From Planctomycetota bacterium (GTDB lineage Bacteria > Planctomycetota > MHYJ01 > WSZJ01): 64,000 bases of DNA. Positions 47,879 to 59,390 of this stretch are shown piece after piece. Location of the stretch: the NCBI GenBank assembly GCA_038060895.1, contig JBBTCT010000031.1, forward strand, positions 116,496 to 180,495. The letters run 5' to 3'. Below the pieces are notes generated by a model. The model searched no databases. It was not told where the DNA came from and worked only from the letters and a program-made list of their open reading frames with translations. The position numbers and the translations under genes are program-made. Numbering within the stretch: the first letter of the stretch is position 1; every line of letters begins with the position of its first letter.

Positions 47879-48829
47879 CTATGGCTTGGAACGAGGCGGC
47901 CGCTTCACGGTCAGCCCCTTCGAGTCGCCTTCGAAGTAGGTCTCTCCGGGCTTGGGCGGCTTCTTCTCGCGCGGCTTCTTGGGCGGGGTCGGAACGTCGT
48001 TGTCTCCCTGCGTCTTCCCAAAGTTGGGCAATTCGCGCTTGGCCCATTCGAGCAGGGGGGTCCGGTCCGCAGTCGGAGGACGCCTAAGACCCCCAAAGAT
48101 GATCGGGCAGTCCTTCGTCGTCTGAGCCCACTTCGCGAACTTCTTCCAGGATCGTCCCTTGAGCCCGAGGACTCCGAGAATCTCTTTCGAGCCGAACAAG
48201 CGGTCATTCGGAGGCAGGGCATCCGGTTTCTTCTCGGAGAAGCCTTCAACGCGCGGCCACGGATCGGCCTCGACTGGAGCCGAATCTAGTGCCCCCTTCA
48301 GTGTCGCTATGGCATCGTCCTTATCGCCCCCTACAACCGTCACCTTCCCCGTTTCGATGAGCCCGGCAATTTCCGCCTGTTGGTCGAGTCTCCGAGTCTC
48401 GGCTAGGTGTAACAACCCGATCAGATCGGCGTATCCCCCCCAGCGTTCGCTCCTCTCTCGCTTCTGGTTCCAAAGACACACGGTCGCCCAAGTGTGATAG
48501 GGACGGAAGAGAACGTCGGGATTTGCGCCCGCGTCCAACAGAACGCCGATCTCCCGCGAGCGGTACAACTCGGGGAAATACTGCTTCACGAATTCTCGGT
48601 AGTCGCGCCATTCTTCCGACGCCGGGCGGACGGGCGCTTCTGTCTTGTAACTGGCCGAGCCCGGCTTTCTCATCCGCGCGAAATCGGCTTGCATCTTTAG
48701 CGATGCGGCGGTGGGCGGTTGGCGTCGAAGAATCTCGGAGTACCTGTCAAACGCAAGCAACTGATCGTCGTCGGGCGAGCTTGGCGGGGCAGGCAGGCGA
48801 AGCGCAATCAGGTCGGATGAAGGGTTCAC
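47879..48829 (-). CDS. Hypothetical protein with putative C-terminal HTH
   Basis: 316-aa ORF; LFGSKEILGVLG...WAQTTKDCPI...ADRTPLLEW resembles an AlpA/MerR-type HTH; SD GGGAGG. Confidence 0.6.
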   Translation of the reverse strand: MNPSSDLIALRLPAPPSSPDDDQLLAFDRYSEILRRQPPTAASLKMQADFARMRKPGSASYKTEAPVRPASEEWRDYREFVKQYFPELYRSREIGVLLDAGANPDVLFRPYHTWATVCLWNQKRERSERWGGYADLIGLLHLAETRRLDQQAEIAGLIETGKVTVVGGDKDDAIATLKGALDSAPVEADPWPRVEGFSEKKPDALPPNDRLFGSKEILGVLGLKGRSWKKFAKWAQTTKDCPIIFGGLRRPPTADRTPLLEWAKRELPNFGKTQGDNDVPTPPKKPREKKPPKPGETYFEGDSKGLTVKRPPRSKP

Positions 48830-49047
48830 GGGTCAACCTCCCGCAAGAGAGCGGGAGCGGGGCCGGGTTGAGCGGCCCCGCGTCCCGCGAAAAGAGCGCG
48901 GCCCGTCGGCCACGCCAGCGTGTCAGTTTAGGCGAGCGGTCCCGCAATGGAAGCGGGAACCTTGGCCCCCTTCTAGGCCCCACATGGCCCCAGATTTCAG
49001 AGTCCGAGCCACGTCGAGCCACTTCACGTCCGCACTATGAAAACCGA

Positions 49048-49119
49048 TGGGCAGACCGGGGGTCGAACCCGGGACTCCTGGATTTTCAATCCAGAGCTCT
49101 ACCACTGAGCTATCTGCCC
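49048..49119 (-). tRNA. tRNA-Phe (GAA)
   Basis: Minus strand GGGCAGATAGCTCAGTGGTAGAGCTCTGGATTGAAAATCCAGGAGTCCCGGGTTCGACCCCCGGTCTGCCCA; CCA not encoded. Confidence 0.96.
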
Positions 49120-49222
49120 TCTTTTCGGGTGGGGATTTTGAAGGGAGGTCGGATCGCGGCGCTCACGAACGGACGCGCGCGCCGCGATCCGACCTCCCTT
49201 CAAAATCCCCACCCGAAAAGAG
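49119..49222. repeat. Perfect 44-bp inverted repeat with 16-nt spacer
   Basis: Arms 49119-49162 and 49179-49222 are exact reverse complements. Confidence 0.9.
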
Positions 49223-49480
49223 CGAAAAACGGCCCGGACACCGATACCGAACGACCGGGCAGCGACGACAACTCGGCCTCCGTTGGAAGGGCGCAGAGTC
49301 TAAGAACCGACCGCCCTGCTTGCAAGAACTGACCCCATGAACCCTCGCGGAGCAGAAATGCCCGGCCTGAGGGCCGGTTCGTACGCTGGGGGCGCTGAAT
49401 TCGGCGAATCGCGCAGTCGCGCGAGGCCCGCGGTTTGCTCTTTTCCTCTGGATTCCACTTCCAGAGAGGAACCTCGCCGG

Positions 49481-52129
49481 ATGCCCACGGCTTCGCCGCC
49501 ACGCCCCGCCGGTCCCGCCTGGCACACATTGCCCCCGGCGGAGGTACTCACAAACCTGGGTACGGACGCGACCGCGGGCCTGTCTGGGGCCGAAGTGGAG
49601 CGACGCCGGGCCGAGTACGGCCCGAACCGTCTGGCGGAGCCGGAGCATGTGGCGCCGTGGAGGCTGCTGCTGGGGCAGTTCAAAAACGTGCTCGTGATCA
49701 TCCTGCTGGTGGCGGTCGTCCTGTCGGCCTTCCTGGGCCACGCCCTCGAGGCGGCCGCGATCGCCGTCATCATCTGCTTCGCGTTCGTGCTGGGGTTCGT
49801 GCAGGAGTTCCGGGCGGAGAGGGCGATCGAAGCGCTCCGGAAGATGGCCGCGCCGCGGGCGCGCGCGGTCCGGGGAGGCAAGGAGGAGGACGTTGCGGCG
49901 GTGGACCTGGTGCCGGGGGACGTGCTGCTCCTGGAGGCCGGAGACCGGATGGCGGCCGACGCGCGGCTGATTGAATACGCGGGGGTGCAGGCGGACGAAG
50001 CGCCGCTCACGGGGGAATCGACGCCGGTGGAGAAGCGGGCCGAGGCGGTCCCGGGCGACGCCGTGCCGGTGGCGGACCGCCGGAATCTCGTCTTCGCCGG
50101 CACGGCCCTCACGCACGGCCGGGGCCGCGCCGTGGTGATCGAAACGGGGATGCGCACCGAGTTCGGAAAAATCGCCGGGATGCTCCAGACCGTGGAAACC
50201 GGCGCGACGCCGCTTCAGAAAAACCTCGACCGCGTCGGCAGGTGGCTCGCCGCCGCGGCGCTTCTCCTCGTCCTCGGCGTCAGCGCGCTGGGCGTGTTCC
50301 GCGGCCAGCCGGTCCTCGAAATGCTCGTGTTCGGCATCGCGCTGGCCGTGGCCGTGGTGCCGGAAGCACTTCCCGCCGTCGTCACGATCTCGCTGGCGAT
50401 GGGCGTGCGGCGGATGGTGAAGCGCAACGCGCTGGTGAGGCGGCTGCCGGCGGTGGAGACGCTGGGGTCGACGACGGTGATCTGTTCGGACAAGACGGGG
50501 ACGCTGACGAAGGACGAGATGACGGTGCGACGGGTGGTCGCGGGCGGCGAGGCGCTGGACGTGACGGGGTCGGGGTACGCGGCGCAGGGCGGGTTCGAGC
50601 GGGAGGGCGCGAAGGCGGAGGCGCCGGAGGCGATGAAGGGGCTTCTGGCCGCGGCGGCGCTGTGCACGGACGCGCGAGTGCGGCCCGAGGGCGTGCGCGG
50701 CGACCCGACGGAAGCGGCGCTGATCGTCTTGGCGGCGAAGGCGGGGCTGAGGATCGAGGACCTGCAGCGCGAGCACCCGCGCGTCGACGAGATTCCGTTC
50801 TCGTCCGAGACGAAGCGGATGACCACGATCCACCGCGCGGGGGGTGGGACGTTCGCGGTGACGAAAGGGGCGCCGGAAGCGGTGCTGCCGGGGTGCGCGT
50901 TGACGGACGCTGAGCGCGAGCAGGCACTGGCGCAGGCGGCGGGGATGGCGGAGAGGGCGCTTCGCGTGCTGGCGATCGCGCGCAAGGAGAACGCGGGGCG
51001 CGGGGACGCGCAGCAGGGCATGCGCTTCCTCGGGCTCGTGGGGATGATCGACCCGCCGCGGCCGGAGGCGAAGGAGGCGGTGGCGCGGTGCCACGATGCG
51101 GAGATCCGGGTGGTGATGATCACGGGCGACCACCCGGCGACGGCGAAGGCGATCGCGCGCGAGCTGGGGATTCTCGGCACGGGCCGGGTGGTGACCGGGG
51201 TCGAGCTGGATGCAATCGCCGACGGCGCGTTCGCGGAACAGGCGGACGCGATCGAGGTCTTCGCGCGCGTTTCGCCCGCGCACAAGCTGCGGGTCGTCGG
51301 GGCGCTGCAGTCGAAAGGCCACGTCGTCGCGATGACGGGCGACGGCGTGAACGACGCGCCGGCGCTGAAGAAAGCCGACATCGGGATCGCGATGGGGATC
51401 ACGGGCACGGAAGTCTCGCGCGAAGCCGCGGCGATGACGCTGACGGACGACAACTTCGCTTCGATCGTCGCCGCGGTCGAGGAAGGCCGCGGGATCTTCG
51501 GGAACATCCGCAAGTACCTCATGTACCTGCTCTCGTCGAACATCGGCGAGATCGCGCTCATGGCCGGCGCATCCGCCGCCGGGGCGCCGCTTCCCCTCAC
51601 CGCCGTGCAGATTCTCTACGTGAACCTCGCGACCGACGGGCTGCCGGCGCTGGCGCTGGCGTTCGACCCGCCGGAGCCGGATCTCATGAAGGCGCGGCCG
51701 CGCGACCCGCGCACGGGGGTGTTCACTCGGCCGGTGGTGGCGCTGATGTTCACGGGCGGGCTCTGGTCGATGGCCGTGAACCTCGGACTCTTCTTCTGGG
51801 CGCTGCGCTCAGGCCGGGAACTCGCCCACGCGATGACGATGACCTTCGCGTCGCTCGTCATGATCCAGTTCTTCAAGGCGTACAACTTCCGCTCCGACCA
51901 CCTGTCGGTCTTCCAGCGTCCCTTCGCGAACCGCTGGCTCAACCTCGGCATCGCGTGGGAGATCGTCCTCCTGGCCCTCGTCCTGTACGTCCCCGTCCTG
52001 CGCAAGCCGCTCGGCGCCGTGGCGCTCTCGCCGGCGGACTGGGGCATCATCCTGGCGATGTCGGCGACCGTCGTGCCGGTGCTTGAGATCGCGAAGTGGT
52101 TCGTGCGTCATCGCCCCGGGGAACGCTGA
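49481..52129 (+). CDS. Cation-translocating P-type ATPase (P2A, Ca2+-type)
   Basis: LTGES, VPEALP, CSDKTGTLT, MITGDH, TGDGVNDAPAL and NLATDGLPALAL. Confidence 0.95.
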   Translation: MPTASPPRPAGPAWHTLPPAEVLTNLGTDATAGLSGAEVERRRAEYGPNRLAEPEHVAPWRLLLGQFKNVLVIILLVAVVLSAFLGHALEAAAIAVIICFAFVLGFVQEFRAERAIEALRKMAAPRARAVRGGKEEDVAAVDLVPGDVLLLEAGDRMAADARLIEYAGVQADEAPLTGESTPVEKRAEAVPGDAVPVADRRNLVFAGTALTHGRGRAVVIETGMRTEFGKIAGMLQTVETGATPLQKNLDRVGRWLAAAALLLVLGVSALGVFRGQPVLEMLVFGIALAVAVVPEALPAVVTISLAMGVRRMVKRNALVRRLPAVETLGSTTVICSDKTGTLTKDEMTVRRVVAGGEALDVTGSGYAAQGGFEREGAKAEAPEAMKGLLAAAALCTDARVRPEGVRGDPTEAALIVLAAKAGLRIEDLQREHPRVDEIPFSSETKRMTTIHRAGGGTFAVTKGAPEAVLPGCALTDAEREQALAQAAGMAERALRVLAIARKENAGRGDAQQGMRFLGLVGMIDPPRPEAKEAVARCHDAEIRVVMITGDHPATAKAIARELGILGTGRVVTGVELDAIADGAFAEQADAIEVFARVSPAHKLRVVGALQSKGHVVAMTGDGVNDAPALKKADIGIAMGITGTEVSREAAAMTLTDDNFASIVAAVEEGRGIFGNIRKYLMYLLSSNIGEIALMAGASAAGAPLPLTAVQILYVNLATDGLPALALAFDPPEPDLMKARPRDPRTGVFTRPVVALMFTGGLWSMAVNLGLFFWALRSGRELAHAMTMTFASLVMIQFFKAYNFRSDHLSVFQRPFANRWLNLGIAWEIVLLALVLYVPVLRKPLGAVALSPADWGIILAMSATVVPVLEIAKWFVRHRPGER

Positions 52130-52245
52130 AACGGGGTGGCGAACCGGCCATCACCGCTTCTGGTAAGATGACGTCGTTCTGAAGGCACTTTTCCAGTCCC
52201 GGGCGTTTCGGCCCGGAGCCCTCGTTTTCCCTCACGGAGCTCCTC

Positions 52246-53493
52246 ATGACCCCCCTTCGCTGGTTCGCCGGATGGATTCTTCCCGTCGTTACGACCGTCG
52301 GAATTCTGCTGGGGACGAAGTTCCAGCTCATCGGCGGCGAGCGCGAGGACGCGGAGCGCGGGGCGAAGAAGCTGAAACTGATCCATGACCTCATGAAGCG
52401 CGGGTACGTCGAGGAGCCCGACACGGACAAGCTCTACGACGGGGCGGCCAAGGGGATGCTGGCGAGCCTGGACCAGCATTCGATGTACTTCGACGCGGCG
52501 GAGATGAAGGAATTCCTTCTCGACACGGAGGGGCACTACGGCGGGATCGGCGTGCAGGTGAGGTTCGACGCGGACGCGCTGGAGGTCGAGGCGGCGTTCG
52601 AGAACACGCCAGCGTTCAAGGCGGGGCTGATGACGGGCGACCGGATCCTGAAGATCGACGAGCGCTCGACGGAGAACATCGGGTCGGACGCGGCGGCGAA
52701 GTACATCCGCGGGGAGCCCGGGACGATCGTGAAGCTCACGGTGTGGAAGAAGATGACGGGAAAGACGGAGCTCATCCCGATCACGCGCGCCGAGATCTCG
52801 ATCCCGAGCGTCAAGGGGACGGCGATGGTGAACGAGAAGGAGAAGATCGGTTACGTTCGGCTCCTCCAGTTCCAGGACGATTCGACGGTGAAGTTGCGCG
52901 AGTCGATCGACAACCTGCGCGCGCAGGGGCTGAAGGCGCTGATCCTGGACCTGCGCTTCAATGGAGGCGGCAAGCTGGACCAGGCCGAGGACATCGCGGA
53001 CCTGTTCCTCGACAGCGGGGTGATCGTCGAAACGAAGGGGCGGCTGGACGACGCGAACCGGAAGCGCGAGGCGCGCAAGGACGACACGTACGAGAATTTT
53101 CCGATCGTGGTGCTCGTGAACGGCAGCTCGGCGTCCGCGAGCGAAATCGTCGCGGGGGCGCTTCAGGACCACAAGCGCGCGATGCTGGTCGGCGAGAAGA
53201 CGTACGGCAAGGGGTCGGTGCAGCAGTACCTGACGGACCAGCTGGGGGACGGATCGGGGCTCAAGTACACGATTGCGCGGTACTTCACGCCGAACGGCCG
53301 GTGGATCGACCGGAAAGCGGGGAAAGATTTCGGGCTGGAACCGGACATCGTTGTGGAGATCGACGAGCAGGCGCTGATGGAGCACTGGGCGAAGGTGGAC
53401 GGGAAAGAGAAGTCCGAATTCCGGGACGTGCAGCTCGAGCAGTCGGTGGCGACGGCGATCACAATGCTGCGGGTGATTGACCGGCAGAAGTAA
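52246..53493 (+). CDS. Carboxyl-terminal processing protease (S41, PDZ)
   Basis: GGIGV, LDLRFNGGG, SASASEIVAGALQD and TYGKGSVQ. Confidence 0.94.
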   Translation: MTPLRWFAGWILPVVTTVGILLGTKFQLIGGEREDAERGAKKLKLIHDLMKRGYVEEPDTDKLYDGAAKGMLASLDQHSMYFDAAEMKEFLLDTEGHYGGIGVQVRFDADALEVEAAFENTPAFKAGLMTGDRILKIDERSTENIGSDAAAKYIRGEPGTIVKLTVWKKMTGKTELIPITRAEISIPSVKGTAMVNEKEKIGYVRLLQFQDDSTVKLRESIDNLRAQGLKALILDLRFNGGGKLDQAEDIADLFLDSGVIVETKGRLDDANRKREARKDDTYENFPIVVLVNGSSASASEIVAGALQDHKRAMLVGEKTYGKGSVQQYLTDQLGDGSGLKYTIARYFTPNGRWIDRKAGKDFGLEPDIVVEIDEQALMEHWAKVDGKEKSEFRDVQLEQSVATAITMLRVIDRQK

Positions 53494-53497
53494 TCCC

Positions 53498-54511
<1,014 letters not shown>

Positions 54512-54575
54512 ATGCTGCCCCTCGTTGACCTTTCCGCTGTTCACCCGCCCACCCATCCATAACAATCGCCCCTCC

Positions 54576-55355
<780 letters not shown>

Positions 55356-55407
55356 GAGCGTGGCGCTTGACCCCGAACCCCTTCGCCTGTAACTTTCCGC
55401 CCTCGCT

Positions 55408-55489
55408 GCGGGCGTGGCGGAATTGGCAGACGCGTACGTTTGAGGGGCGTATGACGCAAGTCGTGTGGGTTCGACCCCCACCGCCCGCA
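55408..55489 (+). tRNA. tRNA-Leu (GAG)
   Basis: GCGGGCGTGGCGGAATTGGCAGACGCGTACGTTTGAGGGGCGTA...GTGGGTTCGACCCCCACCGCCCGCA; long variable arm. Confidence 0.95.
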
Positions 55490-55490
55490 T

Positions 55491-55610
55491 CGGATTGAGG
55501 GGTCGGGATCTTCGCGGTCGACGGACGGGGGCGCTTGGCGATTGGCCGGAGAACGGTTGATCTCTGAAGCGCCCCCGCCCGTAGACCGCTTGACCCGACC
55601 CCTCAATCCG
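55491..55610. terminator. Long imperfect hairpin immediately downstream of tRNA-Leu
   Basis: Perfect outer 17-bp arms (55491-55507 and 55594-55610) plus an inner 23-bp stem with 2 mismatches. Confidence 0.6.
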
Positions 55611-55646
55611 TGAAAGTCCCTGACCGCGGCCTGCGGGGGTACGGAA

Positions 55647-57524
55647 TCAGCGCGCGGCGGGTTGGATCCGGATTTCCCACTCGTCGATTTCTTCGTTGCC
55701 GATGAGCGAGCGCTGAAGCTGCCAGTCGATCCGGCCCAGGCCGCCGAGCAGGCCCAGTCGGCTCTCGATCGTGGCGCGGCGCTGCCCGACCTCCGTGCGG
55801 AAAGCGTCCCCCTTCTTGAGCCCTTCCGCACGGCGTGCGGAAAAGGCTCGTTTTTCGCCGGCTTCCCAGGCTTTCAGACGCTCCTCGAGCTCGTGATCGA
55901 ACGGGCTCCCCCGGAGTTCTGGCCGCTCGCGCTTCAGGTCCTTCTCCAGGTCGTCGAAGATCCGCAGGTAGGCTTCTGTGGGCTGTTCCGTGGTCCCGTA
56001 GCGCCCGCGGAAGTCGTCTTCGGAGGCGGGCGCCACACGGTCGAGAAGTTCCCACGTCGCTTCCATTTCGGCGAACTCTCCGGCCAGGTCCCGGGCGAGG
56101 GCGACGGCGAGCGGACCCTCGAGGACTCCACGGGCGTGGCCGGGTGGATTCGAAGGCGCTGCGGGCGTGATTTTCGTAAGAAGCGGCCAGAAGGTGCTGA
56201 CCCAGAGCGTGCCGTCAATCACGGCGTACCCGGGCGCAAATTCCTGCCCGAATTCGCTGACGCCTTCGCGAAAGACGATGCGCCAGACCTCGCGGCCTTC
56301 GAAGGTGATTTTGTCGTGGCGGAACGGATCCAGGACCGGCGCAGCGCGTCCCTTCGGCATAGGCAGGTCGACGCGCCGCCCTTCCAGTTCCGACTCGGTC
56401 AGAAACTTGTCGATCGACTTGAGCGCTTCCGCCTCGATCCCGCGGACTTCCCATGCGAAGAGGACGGCGGGAATCGGCGATTTCGGCTTCACGCCGAAGC
56501 CGGCGTGGTCGATGCGCGTGACGGCCCAGAGGCGCTCGGGGCCGAACTTCGGCAGGAGGTCACGCTCGAACTTGCGGCCGCCGAGGAACTTCTCGTAGTC
56601 GCCGATCTCGCGCTGGAACGCGCTGACGAAGCGGGCGTTTTCGGGGTCGTGGACGATCTCGTCCCAGACGGCGCGCGCGTTGAAGTTCTCGCCGTGCCGG
56701 AGCGCGAGGCCCGGGATCGTCCAGGACGCGAGCCGCGAGGGCATCGCGGGCGCCGAAGCGGCGGCGCGCCTGGCGGTCTCGCGAGGCCCGAGCCTCCAGC
56801 GCGCCCCGCCCTTGAGCACGAGGGCGTTCCCGTCGAACGTGCCCTGGGCTTCACCAGCGGGTTCCAGTGCGCCGCGCAGCCGGGAGTACGCCATCCGCTC
56901 GATGTCGTTCAGGCGGCCCGCGGCGCGCTCCCCGTCCCATCGCGCCAGGAAGCCGCGATCCTTGAAGGTGAGATCCGTGGTCCCGGTCGCCACCGCGAAC
57001 CGCCCCGCGCAGGCGACGGAGTCGGCGAGAAGGGACTTCGACGTGGCAATCCAGAGCCAGTTTCCCCGGGACGCGAGGAAGACCGGGACGCCCGCAAGCT
57101 CCAGCCCGCCGGCCGTTTCCTGGATTCCCAGCGCGCGTTTTGCAGCGGACTCCATCGGGCCGAACTGCGCCAGGCGCGGGCATTCGACGACGGCGACGAG
57201 GTCCTTGCCGCGGATGCCGGCCGCCGCGCCTCCAAAATGCCCGAACCAGCCCGATTGACGCAGCGCGTCAAGATTCCGCCCGCTCAGCGCGCCCAGGGGG
57301 CCGGCAGCCGCCGCGGCCGATCTCACCTGCACGAAAGCCTCGACGTCCGCGGGGAGCTTCGCAACCGGGTCGCATCCCGAGTCGAACCGCGCCCAGACGA
57401 CAAGCCCCGCTGCGGCGAGGATCGCGAAGTGCGCCACCCAGCCGAGAATGAGAACGGGGCGCCGCAGCCGCCGCGGCACGACGCGCCGAAATCCCTGCCT
57501 CAACGGCACCAGCAACCGCTTCAC
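55647..57524 (-). CDS. Hypothetical membrane-anchored protein
   Basis: GTG start overlapping the upstream stop; N-terminal TM; 625 aa. Confidence 0.65.
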   Translation of the reverse strand: MKRLLVPLRQGFRRVVPRRLRRPVLILGWVAHFAILAAAGLVVWARFDSGCDPVAKLPADVEAFVQVRSAAAAAGPLGALSGRNLDALRQSGWFGHFGGAAAGIRGKDLVAVVECPRLAQFGPMESAAKRALGIQETAGGLELAGVPVFLASRGNWLWIATSKSLLADSVACAGRFAVATGTTDLTFKDRGFLARWDGERAAGRLNDIERMAYSRLRGALEPAGEAQGTFDGNALVLKGGARWRLGPRETARRAAASAPAMPSRLASWTIPGLALRHGENFNARAVWDEIVHDPENARFVSAFQREIGDYEKFLGGRKFERDLLPKFGPERLWAVTRIDHAGFGVKPKSPIPAVLFAWEVRGIEAEALKSIDKFLTESELEGRRVDLPMPKGRAAPVLDPFRHDKITFEGREVWRIVFREGVSEFGQEFAPGYAVIDGTLWVSTFWPLLTKITPAAPSNPPGHARGVLEGPLAVALARDLAGEFAEMEATWELLDRVAPASEDDFRGRYGTTEQPTEAYLRIFDDLEKDLKRERPELRGSPFDHELEERLKAWEAGEKRAFSARRAEGLKKGDAFRTEVGQRRATIESRLGLLGGLGRIDWQLQRSLIGNEEIDEWEIRIQPAAR

Positions 57525-58471
57525 CGGGCCCCGCCTACGCGCTCCGCGCTTCGGCGGGCCAATGGCGCCTTCGCGCCCTGGCGCGTGCCGCGGCGCGTCA
57601 GCTCCGCCTCGATCGCGGCGTGAATCTGATCCTTCGTGAGCCCCCAGTCGGGCGCGAGGCACCATTCGCCGGGGAGCTCGCCGATCAACCGCTGGATCGA
57701 CACGCGCTCGGGAAGAATCTCGAGGAAGTCCGCGGCCGCGGCGACGTGTTCTTCGAGCGTCGGCACCGCCGCCTCGCCCCGCCTCCACATGCCCTCGAGC
57801 GCCGTGTGCGGCGAAACATAGAGGTGATGGATCTTGATCGAGTCGACGGGCAGCTCCGCGATGAAGCGCGCCGTCTCGCGCATCATCTCGCGCGTCTCGC
57901 CCGGGATGCCCAGGATCACGTGCGCAACGACCGCCAGCCCCCGCGCCGCCGTGCGGTTCACGGCATCCGCGAAGTCCGCCGCCGAGTGGCAGCGGTTCAT
58001 CCAGAGGAGCGACGACTCGTGCGACGACTCGAGACCGTACTCAACCCAGACGCGTCGGTCCGGCGTCCGGAGCGATTCGATGAGGTCGAGGACTTCGTCG
58101 GAAGAGCAATCAGGGCGAGTGCCGATGGAGATCCCGACGACATCCGGGTCCTTCGTCGCGACCTCGTAAATCCCCTTCAGCTCCGCGACCGGCGCATACG
58201 TGTTCGAGTACGCCTGGAAGTAGGCGATGAACTTCGCCCCCGGCTCCCGCCGCCAGTACCTCTGCTTTCCCTTCGCAAGCTGCTCTTCCAGCTCCGCCTT
58301 CGGCCCACGCGTGTTCGGCGCAAACGACCGGTTGTCGCAGTACACGCACCCGCCGTACGCCTTCGACCCGTCGCGGTTCGGGCAGGTGAAGCCCGCGTGG
58401 AGGGGAATCTTGAAGACCTTGAACGGATACAGGTCCTTCAGGACGCGGGACCAGCGGGTGTAGAGCGCCAT
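57521..58471 (-). CDS. TIGR01212 family radical SAM protein (YhcC-like)
   Basis: GFTCPNRDG...GGCVYC, YFQAYSNTY, IGTRPDC and IKIHHLY. Confidence 0.93.
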   Translation of the reverse strand: MALYTRWSRVLKDLYPFKVFKIPLHAGFTCPNRDGSKAYGGCVYCDNRSFAPNTRGPKAELEEQLAKGKQRYWRREPGAKFIAYFQAYSNTYAPVAELKGIYEVATKDPDVVGISIGTRPDCSSDEVLDLIESLRTPDRRVWVEYGLESSHESSLLWMNRCHSAADFADAVNRTAARGLAVVAHVILGIPGETREMMRETARFIAELPVDSIKIHHLYVSPHTALEGMWRRGEAAVPTLEEHVAAAADFLEILPERVSIQRLIGELPGEWCLAPDWGLTKDQIHAAIEAELTRRGTRQGAKAPLARRSAERVGGAR

Positions 58472-58528
58472 GGCGGTGAGTGTATCAACGGCAGGCAGCG
58501 GTCAGGCGAGTGTGGAGAAGCGCAACCC

Positions 58529-58885
58529 TTACTGCTCTTCCGGATTCACCAGCTGAAACCAGTTCCCGAACGGATCGGTGAACGTGAGGCAGCGGTCGGA
58601 CCCGTCGGTCCCCTTGAAGACAAGACCGCGGTTCTTCAACTCCGCCACCTCTTTGTCGAGGTCGTCGCAGTACAGGACCATCGCGATCGTCGCGCCCTGG
58701 TAGGTCGCGGGGGCGGGTGGCGAGCCGGGACGCAGGAGAATCGTGAGATCTCCGTTCGTCATCCAGACGACTTTTCCGTCGTGCTGGACGTCGCCGATTT
58801 CGAAACCGAGGACGTTCTTGTAGAAGTCCTTCGCGCGCGAAGGATCCGGAACAAAGACCTCGAGATGCCCTACCGTGATGCCCAT
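58529..58885 (-). CDS. VOC/glyoxalase family protein
   Basis: HLEVFVPD...FYKNVLGF...FTDPFGNWFQL. Confidence 0.88.
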   Translation of the reverse strand: MGITVGHLEVFVPDPSRAKDFYKNVLGFEIGDVQHDGKVVWMTNGDLTILLRPGSPPAPATYQGATIAMVLYCDDLDKEVAELKNRGLVFKGTDGSDRCLTFTDPFGNWFQLVNPEEQ

Positions 58886-58916
58886 TTCGTCTCCTCCCCC
58901 GACTCCTGGACAAACC

Positions 58917-59372
58917 CTATTTCACTTCCACTATCTCCGGCTTCATGCGTTCGAGGATCACGACCATCTCCTCGATCTCCTTCCCCCCGATTTTCGCCGC
59001 CTCCATCCCGGCCCTGCAGTCCTTGATAAACGCGTACCACTGCTTCTCCGTCACCTGCATCCCGCGGTGGGAGTCCTTCATCGACCGGCCGTGATACGTC
59101 TCGGGGCCGCCGGCCAGCCCGGCGAGCAGGTTCGTGATCTGCACCTTGATCCCCGGGACGTTTTCCGGCTTCGCCCGCTTCTGGAGTTCCACGTTGGCAA
59201 GAATCTCCGGGTCCGTCAGAACGCGGTTCACCATCTCGTCCGTCGCCCGCGCGATCCCGTTCAGCCCGCCCATGCGCGCGTAGAGCGAATCGGGGCCGGG
59301 CTGCTTTTCGCCCGAAGAGCACGCCGCGAACGCCAGGAGCGCGACCGCGGCCACGAACCCTTTCAGTTTCAT
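58917..59372 (-). CDS. Group 1 truncated hemoglobin with lipoprotein signal
   Basis: SLYARMGG, GGPETYHGRSMKDSHRGM and lipobox AFAAC. Confidence 0.88.
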   Translation of the reverse strand: MKLKGFVAAVALLAFAACSSGEKQPGPDSLYARMGGLNGIARATDEMVNRVLTDPEILANVELQKRAKPENVPGIKVQITNLLAGLAGGPETYHGRSMKDSHRGMQVTEKQWYAFIKDCRAGMEAAKIGGKEIEEMVVILERMKPEIVEVK

Positions 59373-59390
59373 CGCCAGTCCTTTCGGGAG

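Larger units (their letters stand above)
36555..49091. mobile_element. tRNA-Phe-integrated element (about 12.5 kb), PICI/satellite- or IME-like, with defence-type cargo
   Basis: Bounded by 46-bp direct repeats; contains integrase, primase-helicase and multiple HTH genes; cargo is visibly more AT-rich than the flanks. Confidence 0.9.

Noticed and set aside
36601-49045. Complete prophage or ICE
   Set aside because: No recognisable capsid, terminase, tail, lysis, relaxase or T4SS genes, and too small
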